64,000 bases of DNA from Kiloniellales bacterium (GTDB lineage: Bacteria > Pseudomonadota > Alphaproteobacteria > Kiloniellales > J153): the NCBI GenBank assembly GCA_036397065.1, contig DASWJP010000109.1, forward strand, positions 32,538-96,537, in the 5' to 3' direction. Shown in pieces: positions 17,943 through 27,446 of this stretch (position 1 is the stretch's first letter; each line of letters opens with the position of its first letter). The translations under genes and the position numbers were made by a program. The notes beneath the pieces were generated by a model. It did no database searches. It was not told where the DNA came from and saw only the letters and a list, made by a program, of their open reading frames with translations.

Positions 17943-18743
17943 TCAGGGACGCGAGGGCGCCGGCACGGTCTTGGCGATGAGCGCCTGCAGTTTTGCCGCC
18001 AGCCCCGGTGCCGCGGCGGCGCAATAGTTGCCGCGCCGCAGACCGTCATTGACCAAGAAATCGTTGGTCCAGCCGCCGGCTTCGCGCACCAGCAGCAGCC
18101 CGGCCAGGCTATCCCAGGAATTGATGTGCGGTTCGAAATAGCCGATGAGCCGCCCGGTCGCCACGTAGGCCAGCATCAAAGCACCCGAGCCGTTGCGCAG
18201 AAACATGCCGCCGTCGCGCAGCAGGGCATCCAGGAACGGCGTGAAGTCATCCACCGGAGAGCGATGGGAAAAGCCGGTGCCGAACAGGCCGTCGCGAAAC
18301 GCCGTGGCCGGCGGTATCGGCTGGCGCACGCCGTTCAAGTAGGTGCCGCCGCCCCGCCGGGCAGCATAGATCTCGTCGCTGTTGGGATCGTAGATCACGC
18401 CGATCTCGAGTTCGCCGTCGCGGGTCAGGGCAATGGAGACACACCACGTCGGCATGCCGTTCAGGAAACAGGCGGTGCCATCGATGGGATCGACGACCCA
18501 AACCGGTTGGCCCGCGGCCACGGTGCCGCTGGCGCCGCTTTCCTCGCCGAGAAAGGCGTCGTCCGGGAAGCGCGCGCCGAGGCGGGCGCGGATCAGCTCC
18601 TCCACCTTCTTGTCGGCGATCGAGACGACGTCCTGCAGGCCCTTGCGCTCGACGGCATACTCGGCACGGCGCCGGTAGTAGTCATAGGCCAGGCGCCCGG
18701 CTTCACGCGCCAAGTCCTGGGCGAAGATGTAGCGGTCTTGCAT
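17943..18743 (-). CDS. Inositol monophosphatase family protein (SuhB/IMPase-like), last gene of the iolCDEB operon.
   Basis: Motifs FLGEESG, WVVDPIDGT and the WD pair region. Confidence 0.8.
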   Translation of the reverse strand: MQDRYIFAQDLAREAGRLAYDYYRRRAEYAVERKGLQDVVSIADKKVEELIRARLGARFPDDAFLGEESGASGTVAAGQPVWVVDPIDGTACFLNGMPTWCVSIALTRDGELEIGVIYDPNSDEIYAARRGGGTYLNGVRQPIPPATAFRDGLFGTGFSHRSPVDDFTPFLDALLRDGGMFLRNGSGALMLAYVATGRLIGYFEPHINSWDSLAGLLLVREAGGWTNDFLVNDGLRRGNYCAAAAPGLAAKLQALIAKTVPAPSRP

Positions 18744-18767
18744 ATGGCTGTGCGTTCCCTTCCGGCT

Positions 18768-19583
18768 TCAGTCCTTCTTCGGCGCCCTGACGATCCATTC
18801 GTGCGCCGGATCGTTCTTGAAGCACCACTGCCGCTTCGGCCCGGCCATGACGTTGAGGTAATAGAGATCGTATCCGTGCGGCGCACCCACCGGATGATAA
18901 CCTCGCGGCACCATCACACAGTCGCCGTCCTCGACGGTCATCGTCTGGTCGATGGCCCGGTCGTCGGTATAGACCCGCTGGAAGGCGAAGCCCTGTTTCG
19001 GATTGAGCCGATGATAATAAGTTTCCTCAAGGGCCGATTCCTCGGGCAAGGAGTCGCTGTCATGCTTGTGTGGCGGATAGGAAGACCAGTTGCCGCCCGG
19101 CGTGATCACTTCAACCACCAGCAAATTATCCGCCGGCTCCGTTTCCGGCAGGATATTGGAAACCAGGCGCCGGTTGGTGCTCTGCCCGCGCTCCTCGAAA
19201 CCGATCTGTTCCGGGGCGATCAGCCGGGGCGCCCATTTACCCGCACGGCCCGGCGCGGTGCACAGGGCCACTTCCAGCGCCCCCTCGGCCTGCACGGCAA
19301 AGGGCGTATCGGCGGGAACATAGACCGCGTGAGGCCGGCCATCGAACGGCGAATGGCGGCCGCCGATCTTGGCGAAACGTTCGTCGCCAGCGGTGATGGT
19401 GGCGATGCCGGCCAGCAGGACCAGACAGGATTCCCGATCGGCCAGGCGTCGCGAGAGACGCTCGCCGCCTGCGAGGGTGAAAACCTCGAAGCCGACGTAC
19501 CGCCAGCCGGCGCTTTCCGGCGTGACCGAGAGGACGCAGCCCTCGCCGTCCCGCAGGTGCGGCTTGACCAGCAGGTCGTTCAT
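18768..19583 (-). CDS. iolB: 5-deoxy-glucuronate isomerase.
   Basis: Cupin-like IolB sequence (SVTPESAGWRYVGFEVFTL.., YYLNVMAGP). Start overlaps the iolE stop. Confidence 0.85.
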   Translation of the reverse strand: MNDLLVKPHLRDGEGCVLSVTPESAGWRYVGFEVFTLAGGERLSRRLADRESCLVLLAGIATITAGDERFAKIGGRHSPFDGRPHAVYVPADTPFAVQAEGALEVALCTAPGRAGKWAPRLIAPEQIGFEERGQSTNRRLVSNILPETEPADNLLVVEVITPGGNWSSYPPHKHDSDSLPEESALEETYYHRLNPKQGFAFQRVYTDDRAIDQTMTVEDGDCVMVPRGYHPVGAPHGYDLYYLNVMAGPKRQWCFKNDPAHEWIVRAPKKD

Positions 19584-20479
19584 CGGACCTCCTCTCCCAG
19601 AAGATGCGCCGCCTTGGCAATGGCGTGCAGGTTCTCGTAGCCCATCTTGGCATAGACCGCAGGGGGTGCCCGTTCCGGATCCTGCTCGGCCTCGACCACC
19701 AGCCAGCCGCTGTAGCCCGACAGCGCCGCCAACACCGCCGGGAAATCGACACAGCCATCGCCCGGCACGGTGAAGACACCGGCCACCACCGCATCGAGAA
19801 AACTCCAGTCCTCATCCCGCGCCTGTTGCAGGATGGGGCGGCGGATGTCTTTGCAGTGCACGTGGCCGACACGGCCGGCATATCGACGTGCCAACGCCAC
19901 CGGATCGATGCCGGCAAAGGTCGCATGGCCGGTGTCGAGGAGCAGCTTGACCGCCGGCCCCGTCGCCGCCATCAGCGCGTCGATCTCGTCCTCGCTCTCG
20001 ACCACCGTGCCCATGTGGTGATGATAGACAAGATCCAGGCCCCGGACAGCGACCGCCTCCCCCACCTCGGTCATCCGTTGCCCAAAGCGATCCCAATCCC
20101 CCGCGCACAGTGATGGCCGGGAGGACAGCGGCTTGGCCCGGTCGCCGTGGATGGCGCCGCCGGTCTCGGCGAAGACCAGCACCTTGGCATCGAGAGCTGC
20201 GAGCAAGGCCAGGTGCGGCTCGAGCGCTTGCAGTTCCGCATCGGCGGTGCGGGTCAGCAGCGCCGAGGAATACCAGCCGGACACCAGGGCCAGGCCGTGC
20301 GGCGCCAAGACCCGGCGCAAGGCCGCCGCCTCGCGCGGAAACTTGTGGCCCAGTTCCATGCCGGCGAAGCCCGCGGCGCGGGCCTCGGCCAGGCAGGTTT
20401 CCAGCGGAATATCCCCGCCCAATTCCCGCAGATCGTCGTTCGACCAGCCGATGGGATTGACGCCGATACGCACCGTCAT
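19580..20479 (-). CDS. iolE: myo-Inosose-2 dehydratase (xylose isomerase-like TIM barrel).
   Basis: N-terminus MTVRIGVNPIGWSNDDLRELGGD is typical of IolE. Sits in iol context. Confidence 0.85.
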   Translation of the reverse strand: MTVRIGVNPIGWSNDDLRELGGDIPLETCLAEARAAGFAGMELGHKFPREAAALRRVLAPHGLALVSGWYSSALLTRTADAELQALEPHLALLAALDAKVLVFAETGGAIHGDRAKPLSSRPSLCAGDWDRFGQRMTEVGEAVAVRGLDLVYHHHMGTVVESEDEIDALMAATGPAVKLLLDTGHATFAGIDPVALARRYAGRVGHVHCKDIRRPILQQARDEDWSFLDAVVAGVFTVPGDGCVDFPAVLAALSGYSGWLVVEAEQDPERAPPAVYAKMGYENLHAIAKAAHLLGEEVR

Positions 20480-20509
20480 GCCGTCTCTGTGCCTTTTCCT
20501 GCCTGGAGT

Positions 20510-22351
20510 TCAGTCGGACGGCCGCTGGGCGCCGCGGGATTTTTCGTAGGCCTTGCGCGCCCGGCGCACCGCGGCGCGTTCGGACACTTCCGGCACGGCC
20601 ACATCCCACCAATGGCCCCCCGCCGCCGTCGAGATTTCCGGATCGGTCTCGATGACGATGACGCTGGTCCGCTCCGCGTCCCGCGCCCGCTTCACCGCCG
20701 AGTCCAGCGCGGTGAGGCTGTCGACCTTTTCCGCCGCCGCGCCCAGGGATGCGGCATGGGCGGCGAAATCTATCGCCGGCAGCTCCGTGTGGCGGGTGTG
20801 GGCGAACAGATTGTTGAAGCTTTCCGCCCCGGTTGACCTTTGCAGACGGTCGATGCAGCCGAAGCCGCGGTTGTCGAGCAGGATGATAGTCAGTTTCAAT
20901 CCCAGCAGGATCGAGGTGGCGATCTCCGAATTCATCATCAGGTAGCTGCCGTCGCCGAGCAGGACGATCACCTCCCGGTCCGGATTGGCCAGCTTGACGC
21001 CGAGCCCGCCGGCAATCTCATAGCCCATGCACGAATAGCCGTACTCCAAGTGATAGCTGCCCGGCACCCCGGCCTGCCACAGCTTGTGCATCTCTCCCGG
21101 CAGCCCGCCGGCGGCACCGACCACCACCGCATCCGGGCCGGCCGCCCGCTGGACGGCACCGATCACCTGCGCATCGCTCGGCCGCGGCGCGTTGCCCGGG
21201 GCGGTCGCGGCGGCGGCCGCTTTGAGCCACGCGGCCTTGGCATTCCGTGCCGCCGTGCTCCAACCAGCCGGAGCCCGGTAGTCGCCCAGGGCCTGGTCGA
21301 GGGCGGCCAGGCCGACGGCCGCATCGGCCACCAGGGTAAGCGCATCGTGCTTGGCGGCGTCGTAGGGCTGGACGTTGAGCGAGATCAGACATCGGTCGGG
21401 ATGGGCGAACAGGGTCCAGGATCCGGTGGTGAAATCCTGCAGCCTGGTGCCGACCGCGAAGATCACATCGGCCTTGGCGGCGGCCTGGTTGGCGGCCGAC
21501 GTGCCGGTCACGCCGATGGCGCCGAGGTTCAGCGGGTGGTCGTGGCGCAGCGCCGATTTCCCGGCCTGGGTTTCGGCCACCGGGATGCCGCGCGATTCGG
21601 CGAAGGTGGCGAGCCAGGCGCAGGCATCGGCGTAGTGCACGCCGCCGCCGGCCACGATCAGCGGCTTTTTCGCCGCACCCAGGAGCGCGGCCGCTTCCTG
21701 CAACTCCCGTGGATCGGGGGCCGGCCGCCGGGAGGTCCAGGTGTGCGGCGTAAAAAAGCTTTCCGGATAGTCGAAGGCCTCCGCCTGCACGTCCTGGCAC
21801 AGGGCCAGGGTCGCCGGGCCGCAGCCCGCCGGATCGGTGAGCATCGCCAGGGCCCGCGGCAAGGCAGCCAGGATCTGCTCCGGCCGGGTGATGCGATCGA
21901 AGGTGCGCGAGACCGCGCGGAAGCAGTCGTTGGCGCTCACCGTGCCGTCGCCGAAGTCCTCCACCTGCTGCAACACCGGGTCCGGGGCGCGGCTGGCGAA
22001 GACATCGCCCGGCAGCAGCAGCACCGGCAGGCGGTTGACGTGCGCGAGGGCCGCGGCGGTGACCATGTTGGTGGCGCCGGGACCGATCGAAGTGGTACAG
22101 GCCATCATGCGCCGCCGGCGCGTGGCCTTGGCAAAGGCGATGGCGGCATGGGCCATGGCCTGCTCGTTGTGCGCCCGATAGGTCGGCAGCGCTTCGCGGG
22201 CGTGCCACAAGGCTTCCCCCAGCCCGGCGACATTGCCGTGGCCGAAGATCGCCCACACGCCGGCGAACAACGGCAGCTCCTTCCCATCCACCAGACAGCG
22301 CTGGGCCGCCAGATAGCGGACCAGCGCCTGGGCCATTGTCAGGCGCACCAT
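20510..22351 (-). CDS. iolD: 3D-(3,5/4)-trihydroxycyclohexane-1,2-dione acylhydrolase (ThDP enzyme).
   Basis: Start MVRLTMAQALVRYL at 22351. ThDP motif GDGSYLMMNSE. The track ORF 20510..22660 is a false extension. Confidence 0.85.
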   Translation of the reverse strand: MVRLTMAQALVRYLAAQRCLVDGKELPLFAGVWAIFGHGNVAGLGEALWHAREALPTYRAHNEQAMAHAAIAFAKATRRRRMMACTTSIGPGATNMVTAAALAHVNRLPVLLLPGDVFASRAPDPVLQQVEDFGDGTVSANDCFRAVSRTFDRITRPEQILAALPRALAMLTDPAGCGPATLALCQDVQAEAFDYPESFFTPHTWTSRRPAPDPRELQEAAALLGAAKKPLIVAGGGVHYADACAWLATFAESRGIPVAETQAGKSALRHDHPLNLGAIGVTGTSAANQAAAKADVIFAVGTRLQDFTTGSWTLFAHPDRCLISLNVQPYDAAKHDALTLVADAAVGLAALDQALGDYRAPAGWSTAARNAKAAWLKAAAAATAPGNAPRPSDAQVIGAVQRAAGPDAVVVGAAGGLPGEMHKLWQAGVPGSYHLEYGYSCMGYEIAGGLGVKLANPDREVIVLLGDGSYLMMNSEIATSILLGLKLTIILLDNRGFGCIDRLQRSTGAESFNNLFAHTRHTELPAIDFAAHAASLGAAAEKVDSLTALDSAVKRARDAERTSVIVIETDPEISTAAGGHWWDVAVPEVSERAAVRRARKAYEKSRGAQRPSD

Positions 22352-22356
22352 GGTTT

Positions 22357-24288
22357 TCACCGGCTCCTCCGCCGCGCGCCGGCCGTGTCGTCCCGGGCGT
22401 TCTCCCAATGGGCGACGAGACTGGCGAAGCGTTCGGCCATGTCGGCCACCGCTTCCTGGGCGCCGATCTCCGCCCGCAGCCAGCGCTCGGCCGGTTTGCC
22501 GAAGATGGTACGCCCGATGGCGAAGCCCCGCACCCAGCGACTGGCCTGGGCGGTGGAGAAATCCTGAACCAGCGTCGATTCCGGGGCTTCGAGGCCGAGC
22601 AGGACCACGCCACGGCACTGGGGATCGTGATCGGCGATCGCCGTGTCTATGGCCATCCATGCCTCGGTGCTCGGTTGCGGCTCAAGCTTCCACCAATCCG
22701 GCTTGATGCCCAGCCGATAGAAGGCGGACATCGCCTCGGCGACCGTCGTCGCGTCAAGCGCCCCGTGCTTGCCGGCGATCACCTCGATCATCAACTCGCG
22801 GCCAAGCCGGCGGCAGGCTTGATACAGGAGCAACAGTTGCGCTTCCTGCGCCCGCTTGAGATGTTCATCATCATCCGGGTGATAGAGAACCAGGCATTTC
22901 ACGGTGTGGGCCAGCGGCCATTCGATCAGCGCCGAGCCGACATCGCCGCCCTCGAAGCGCAGTGGCCGCGACCCGGGAACCTCGACCGGCCGGCCGAGCC
23001 AGAAGCCGTGATCGACGGCCTCGAACAGGGCCTGTTGGCCATAGGTGCCGTCGAGCAGCATGCCGAATCCAGGACGGCCACGGGCGACTTGGGCGGCCGC
23101 CTTGACCGCGAGACGCTTGAAGTCGGAAATCCGCGCATGCGGGGCGCCGCAGCGCGCGGCCAATTCCTCGAGCTGGATGCGATGATCGATGGCAAAAGCC
23201 ATGAGTTGCGGCCAGTCGCCCCGCCGGGTGGTCACCCAGTGCAGGTGGTTGAGCGCCGGATCGTGGCGCAGCGCCCGATGGGGGCTGCCGAATTCGAGAA
23301 AATGCTGCAATTCGGCCCAGGTCGGACTTTCCGGCGAGCACAGCAGGCGCGATACGGCAAAGGCGCCGCAGGCGTTGGCCCAGGTGCAGCAGACGTGTAG
23401 CGGCTCACCCCGCAGCCAGCCGCGTAAGAATCCGGCAATGAAGGCATCCCCGGCACCGAGCACATTGTAAATCTCGACGGGAAAACCGGGGCCGCTGATG
23501 CCGGTCTCGAGACGATCTGGAATCTCGTCCGGAAAGGCGGTGCAGCCCATGGGCCCGCGTTTGACGACCAGGGTCGCCCGGCTCAGCGCGCGCAGTTGGC
23601 GGAGCGCGTCCAAGGTGTCGCGGTGGCCGCCGGCGATTTGCATCTCCTCTTCCGTGCCGACGATCAGATCGCAATCCCCGGTCACGGCTTGCAGGACCGC
23701 CGTTACGTCCGCCGACTCGCGAAAACGCTCGGCGCCGCTGTCGTGTCCGCCGAGGCCCCAGAGGTTGGGGCGATAGTCAACGTCGAAGACGACCTTGCGG
23801 CCCGCGGCCTTGGCAGCGGCGACCGCCTTCAAGGTCGCGGCGCACACCTCGGGCCGGGTCATGTGCGTGCCGGCGATCAGCAATGCCGTGGCCGAGCCCA
23901 CATAGGCGGTATCGATATCGTCCTCGCACAACGCCATGTCGGCGCAATTCTCGCGGTAGAAAAGCAGCGGAAACTCGGCGTCGTTCTTAACCCCGACGAT
24001 CGCCAGGGCCGTCAGACGCCGAGGATCGACCACGACGCCGCGCGTATCGACGCCTTCCCGGGCAAGCTGCTCCAGAATGAATCGTCCGAAGGGTTCCTGG
24101 CCGACCCGGGTGATGAAGCCGGTCTTCAAACCGAGGCGCGCCGCGCCGATGGCGACGTTGGCCGGACAGCCGCCGACCGATTTGGCGAAGCTTGCCATAT
24201 CCTCCAGGCGGCCGCCGATCTGCTGGCCATAGAGGTCGACGGACGCACGGCCGAGGGTGATGACGTCGAGCAAATCGGAACCCGCCAT
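22357..24288 (-). CDS. iolC: Bifunctional 5-dehydro-2-deoxygluconokinase fused to a C-terminal DUF2090/aldolase-like domain, the long alphaproteobacterial IolC form.
   Basis: N-terminal PfkB ribokinase fold (GRASVDLYG.., GAGDAF) plus about 300 extra C-terminal residues. ATG at 24288; an alternative GTG lies at 24306. Confidence 0.8.
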   Translation of the reverse strand: MAGSDLLDVITLGRASVDLYGQQIGGRLEDMASFAKSVGGCPANVAIGAARLGLKTGFITRVGQEPFGRFILEQLAREGVDTRGVVVDPRRLTALAIVGVKNDAEFPLLFYRENCADMALCEDDIDTAYVGSATALLIAGTHMTRPEVCAATLKAVAAAKAAGRKVVFDVDYRPNLWGLGGHDSGAERFRESADVTAVLQAVTGDCDLIVGTEEEMQIAGGHRDTLDALRQLRALSRATLVVKRGPMGCTAFPDEIPDRLETGISGPGFPVEIYNVLGAGDAFIAGFLRGWLRGEPLHVCCTWANACGAFAVSRLLCSPESPTWAELQHFLEFGSPHRALRHDPALNHLHWVTTRRGDWPQLMAFAIDHRIQLEELAARCGAPHARISDFKRLAVKAAAQVARGRPGFGMLLDGTYGQQALFEAVDHGFWLGRPVEVPGSRPLRFEGGDVGSALIEWPLAHTVKCLVLYHPDDDEHLKRAQEAQLLLLYQACRRLGRELMIEVIAGKHGALDATTVAEAMSAFYRLGIKPDWWKLEPQPSTEAWMAIDTAIADHDPQCRGVVLLGLEAPESTLVQDFSTAQASRWVRGFAIGRTIFGKPAERWLRAEIGAQEAVADMAERFASLVAHWENARDDTAGARRRSR

Positions 24289-24342
24289 GGCTTTTGTGCC
24301 GCCCACACGGCCCTAGGCAACAGGGGCCGGTCTCACTTAAAT

Positions 24343-24356
24343 GAAACAAAAATTCC
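24343..24356. promoter_or_regulatory. IolR-type operator candidate GAAA-CAAAAA-TTCC upstream of iolC.
   Basis: Read from sequence. One mismatch to GGAA-N6-TTCC. Lies in the AT-rich 24307-24384 intergenic segment. Confidence 0.4.
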
Positions 24357-24384
24357 AAAATATTGTCAAACAAGAACGGGTTTT

Positions 24385-25281
24385 CTATCGCTGATCCTTG
24401 ACCTGCCACTCGTGGGCGGGGGTGGGGGCAGGGGCAGGGGCAGGGGCGCGCCGCTTCTCCGCCGCCGAAACGGCGATGGCGATGGCAACCGTCAGGGTCG
24501 CGCTCAACGACCGGAACGCGCCGTAATCGGATTCCACCACCTCGATCCAGGCTTGGGCGCTGCGGGTCAGCGGGCTGAAGGCCGAGTCCGTGATGGCCAC
24601 CACCGGCACGCCGCGCGCGGCGGCTTCGGCGGCGATTTCAATGGTTTCCGGCGTATAGGGCGTGAAACTGACGGCCAGCAGCGCATCCTCGCTGCCGAGA
24701 AAGCGGGCCTCCTCGGCCAGCAGGCCGCCGCGATTGTCCAGCAGCCGGGCCTCGATCCCCAGCTTGGCGCACGCATAGGCCAGATAGGCGACCACCGGAA
24801 AGACCCGGCGCTGACCGAGCAGGCCGATCTGCCGGGCGCCAGCCAGAAGGTTGGCGGCCTTGTCCAGGTCCGCGCCGCTGATCTCTTCCCGCAGACGGGC
24901 GAGGGAGTCGATCGCCGCATCCGCAAATCCATCGAGCAGGGCCAGGGTTCCCCCGCTCTGGGCGCGCGCTTCGAGGCGTTTCAGACGCTCGCCATAGTCG
25001 GGCCAGCGGTCGCGCAGGCGGGCGCGAAAGATCGCCTGCAAATCGGAAAAGCCTGAAAATCCGAAGGATTGCGCGAAACGCACCAGGGTGGACGGCTGCA
25101 CCCCGGCCAAATCGGCCAGCTCGGCCGCCGTGCCAAAGGCCACCTCGTCAGGGTGCTCGAGGGCGAATTCGGCAACCTGGGCCAGACGTCTGGGCAGATC
25201 GTCCCGGCGCAGGACGACCAGGGTTCGCAGCGATTCGAAATCCTTCGGTACCTTCAATGTCTCGGCCATCTTCCCGGTCAT
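24385..25281 (-). CDS. iolR: RpiR/MurR-family transcriptional regulator (HTH plus SIS domain), probable inositol repressor.
   Basis: Start MTGKMAETL at 25281 (alternative ATG at 25269). HTH segment AAELADLAGVQPSTLVRFAQSFGFSGF. Adjacent to iolC. The 406-aa track ORF is a false extension. Confidence 0.75.
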   Translation of the reverse strand: MTGKMAETLKVPKDFESLRTLVVLRRDDLPRRLAQVAEFALEHPDEVAFGTAAELADLAGVQPSTLVRFAQSFGFSGFSDLQAIFRARLRDRWPDYGERLKRLEARAQSGGTLALLDGFADAAIDSLARLREEISGADLDKAANLLAGARQIGLLGQRRVFPVVAYLAYACAKLGIEARLLDNRGGLLAEEARFLGSEDALLAVSFTPYTPETIEIAAEAAARGVPVVAITDSAFSPLTRSAQAWIEVVESDYGAFRSLSATLTVAIAIAVSAAEKRRAPAPAPAPTPAHEWQVKDQR

Positions 25282-25334
25282 GCACAGTCGTCGGTCACAC
25301 CGCCATCGGGCGCGTGCCCTAGGTGACAGCATTT

Positions 25335-25348
25335 GGAACAAAATTTCC
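25335..25348. promoter_or_regulatory. Perfect GGAA-CAAAAT-TTCC operator upstream of iolR (autoregulation candidate).
   Basis: Read from sequence, about 55 nt upstream of the iolR start. Confidence 0.55.
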
Positions 25349-25436
25349 ATCGGAAAGAATGTGTCGGCCACAATGGGAGGCCCAGTGAGGCGACCAGCCG
25401 GCGATCGCGGCTTGGGCGGCGCCGGGCCGGGAACGG

Positions 25437-25874
25437 CTAGGGCGCGCGCTGTACCGGCGCGGACCCGTTGTGCCCGGCACCGTCTTCGCCGGCCTTGGCC
25501 TCCTCGGCCAAGCGGGCATTGCGGAAATCGATGAAGCGCTGCGCCGCGGCCGTACCTACGGTGCGGCACCAGTTGCGGAATCCACCCAACCCGCGGTTGC
25601 CCCATTCCAGATCGGCATCGGTCCAGGCCCGCAGGCGGATCTTGCGCGCGGCCGCCTCGCTCATGTTCTCCCGCTCGATCAAGAGGGTGGTTTCACGGCG
25701 GAATCCGTCATGAACCGCGAAATTGACCAGGCCGCAATATTCGCACACCACGTATCCGTAGTTGGCCGCGTACAGCGCCTCGGCCGGGGGCACCGGCTCC
25801 TCCGCCCGGCCGTCGCCGCAGAGCGCCAGGATCGCCAGACCCCCGGCCAGAACACCCGCGAGGCGGAAAATCAT
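25437..25874 (-). CDS. Secreted hypothetical protein.
   Basis: Start MIFRLAGVLAGGLAILALCGDGRA reads as a signal peptide. Coding-like codon usage. No family recognised. Confidence 0.5.
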   Translation of the reverse strand: MIFRLAGVLAGGLAILALCGDGRAEEPVPPAEALYAANYGYVVCEYCGLVNFAVHDGFRRETTLLIERENMSEAAARKIRLRAWTDADLEWGNRGLGGFRNWCRTVGTAAAQRFIDFRNARLAEEAKAGEDGAGHNGSAPVQRAP

Positions 25875-26188
25875 CGGTCCTCCTGTTGCATCGTCCCGTG
25901 GCGGCAGCCCCCAACGCTCGCCTGGCCCTAAACAAACTCCCAGATTGGGCCTAGTCTGTGGCAAAGCCGCCGCCTATGCTACTCTGGGGACAGGAGATGC
26001 CAATCTGCCTCTCCGAAGCGGCAGCGCCTTCGAGCACGGTAGTCGACCGGAAGCCAAGCGTAAGCAGAGCCACCGCGACCAGCCATTCGAGGAAAGCCGC
26101 CCCGCAAAATTAGGTTTGCCTCGGGCATCGGCCGGGAGCCATGCCCAAGGCGAACACACACGAGCTTTCAACGCACTGGGAGGCGTAC

Positions 26189-27349
26189 ATGAGCAAGACC
26201 AAGATTAGCCGCCAAAAGATGCAGAAGACGGCGGGGTCGGTTTCCCGCCGCACTTTGCTGAAGACCGCCGCAGTGGCGGGGAGTGCCGCAGCCATCGGAC
26301 CATGGTTCATCAAGGACGCCCGTTCGTCGTCGGGCACCCTCGACATCATGATGTGGTCCGACTATCTGCCGGAGGCCTTCACGTCGAAGTTCACCAAGGA
26401 AACCGGCATCACCATCAATCACACGCCCTTCGGCTCGAACGAGGAGCTGATCCAGAAGATGCGCGCGACCAAGGGCCGCGGCTTCGATCTGATCAGCCCG
26501 ACCAACGACCGCACCGGCCAGTGGAAGGATCTCGATCTGCTGCAGACCTTCGACATGAGCCGCGTGCCTACGGATGCCATCCTGCCGTCCATGCTGAAGA
26601 TCTCGGAAGGGTTCTCCTGGGACGGTCAGCCGCGGCACCTGCCATTCCTGTGGGGCACCGAGGCGCTGGCCTGGCGCACCGACAAGTGGCAAAGGGATTA
26701 CAAGGACCTGAGCTATGGCGACCTGTGGGCCGACGACATGAAGGGCAAGGTCATGGGCCGCGCCCATTCCATGATGTCGGGCATCGGGCTCCATCTCGAC
26801 GCCTCGGGCAAGGTACCGTCGAACCGTCTGCATGACGCCTACAAGGACGAAGAGAACATGCGGCGGATCTGGACGGAGATCACCAAGTTCGCCGTCGAGC
26901 ACAAGCCCTGGGTGAAACAGTTCTGGAATGACGCGGACGCACAGATCAACGGCTTCATGCAGAACGACGTCGTCCTCGGCCAGACCTGGGACGGCCCGCC
27001 GCTTCGCTTGAAGACCGACGGCAAGCCGATCGCTTTCATGGCACCGCAGGAAGGCGCCTTCACCTGGCTCGACGGGCTGGCGATTCCGATCGGGGCCAAG
27101 AACATCGATCAGATCTACGAGTTCATCAAGTTCATCTCCACACCGGAAACCGGCGGCTTGCTGGCCAACGAAACCGGCTACAACGCCACCGCGAAGGGCG
27201 CGGACGAGTTCCTCACGGAAAACTCCAAGAAGAACTTCCAGGAAGCTTATCCGGGCGATGCGCTCGATCGTCTGTGGCCGTGGCCGCCGACGCCGTCATG
27301 GTACGCGGAAATCCGCAACGAATACGTCGACAAGTTCGTCGCCGCGTAA
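26189..27349 (+). CDS. Polyamine-type (PotD/PotF family) periplasmic binding protein with a twin-arginine signal.
   Basis: GGGAGG RBS. TAT motif SRRTLLKTAAVAGSAAA. PotF-like body. Confidence 0.8.
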   Translation: MSKTKISRQKMQKTAGSVSRRTLLKTAAVAGSAAAIGPWFIKDARSSSGTLDIMMWSDYLPEAFTSKFTKETGITINHTPFGSNEELIQKMRATKGRGFDLISPTNDRTGQWKDLDLLQTFDMSRVPTDAILPSMLKISEGFSWDGQPRHLPFLWGTEALAWRTDKWQRDYKDLSYGDLWADDMKGKVMGRAHSMMSGIGLHLDASGKVPSNRLHDAYKDEENMRRIWTEITKFAVEHKPWVKQFWNDADAQINGFMQNDVVLGQTWDGPPLRLKTDGKPIAFMAPQEGAFTWLDGLAIPIGAKNIDQIYEFIKFISTPETGGLLANETGYNATAKGADEFLTENSKKNFQEAYPGDALDRLWPWPPTPSWYAEIRNEYVDKFVAA

Positions 27350-27371
27350 GCAGAGCGAGATCAAACAACAT

Positions 27372-27403
27372 GACCCCGGCACACCGTGCCGGGGTCTTTT
27401 TTT
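27372..27403 (+). terminator. Rho-independent terminator: GACCCCGGCA-CACCG-TGCCGGGGTC followed by T7.
   Basis: 10-bp perfect stem at 27372-27381/27387-27396. T-run at 27397-27403. Confidence 0.85.
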
Positions 27404-27446
27404 ATTCGCCGTTCCGCCGTCTATGCTTGGCCGGGCGCGGCCGGTT

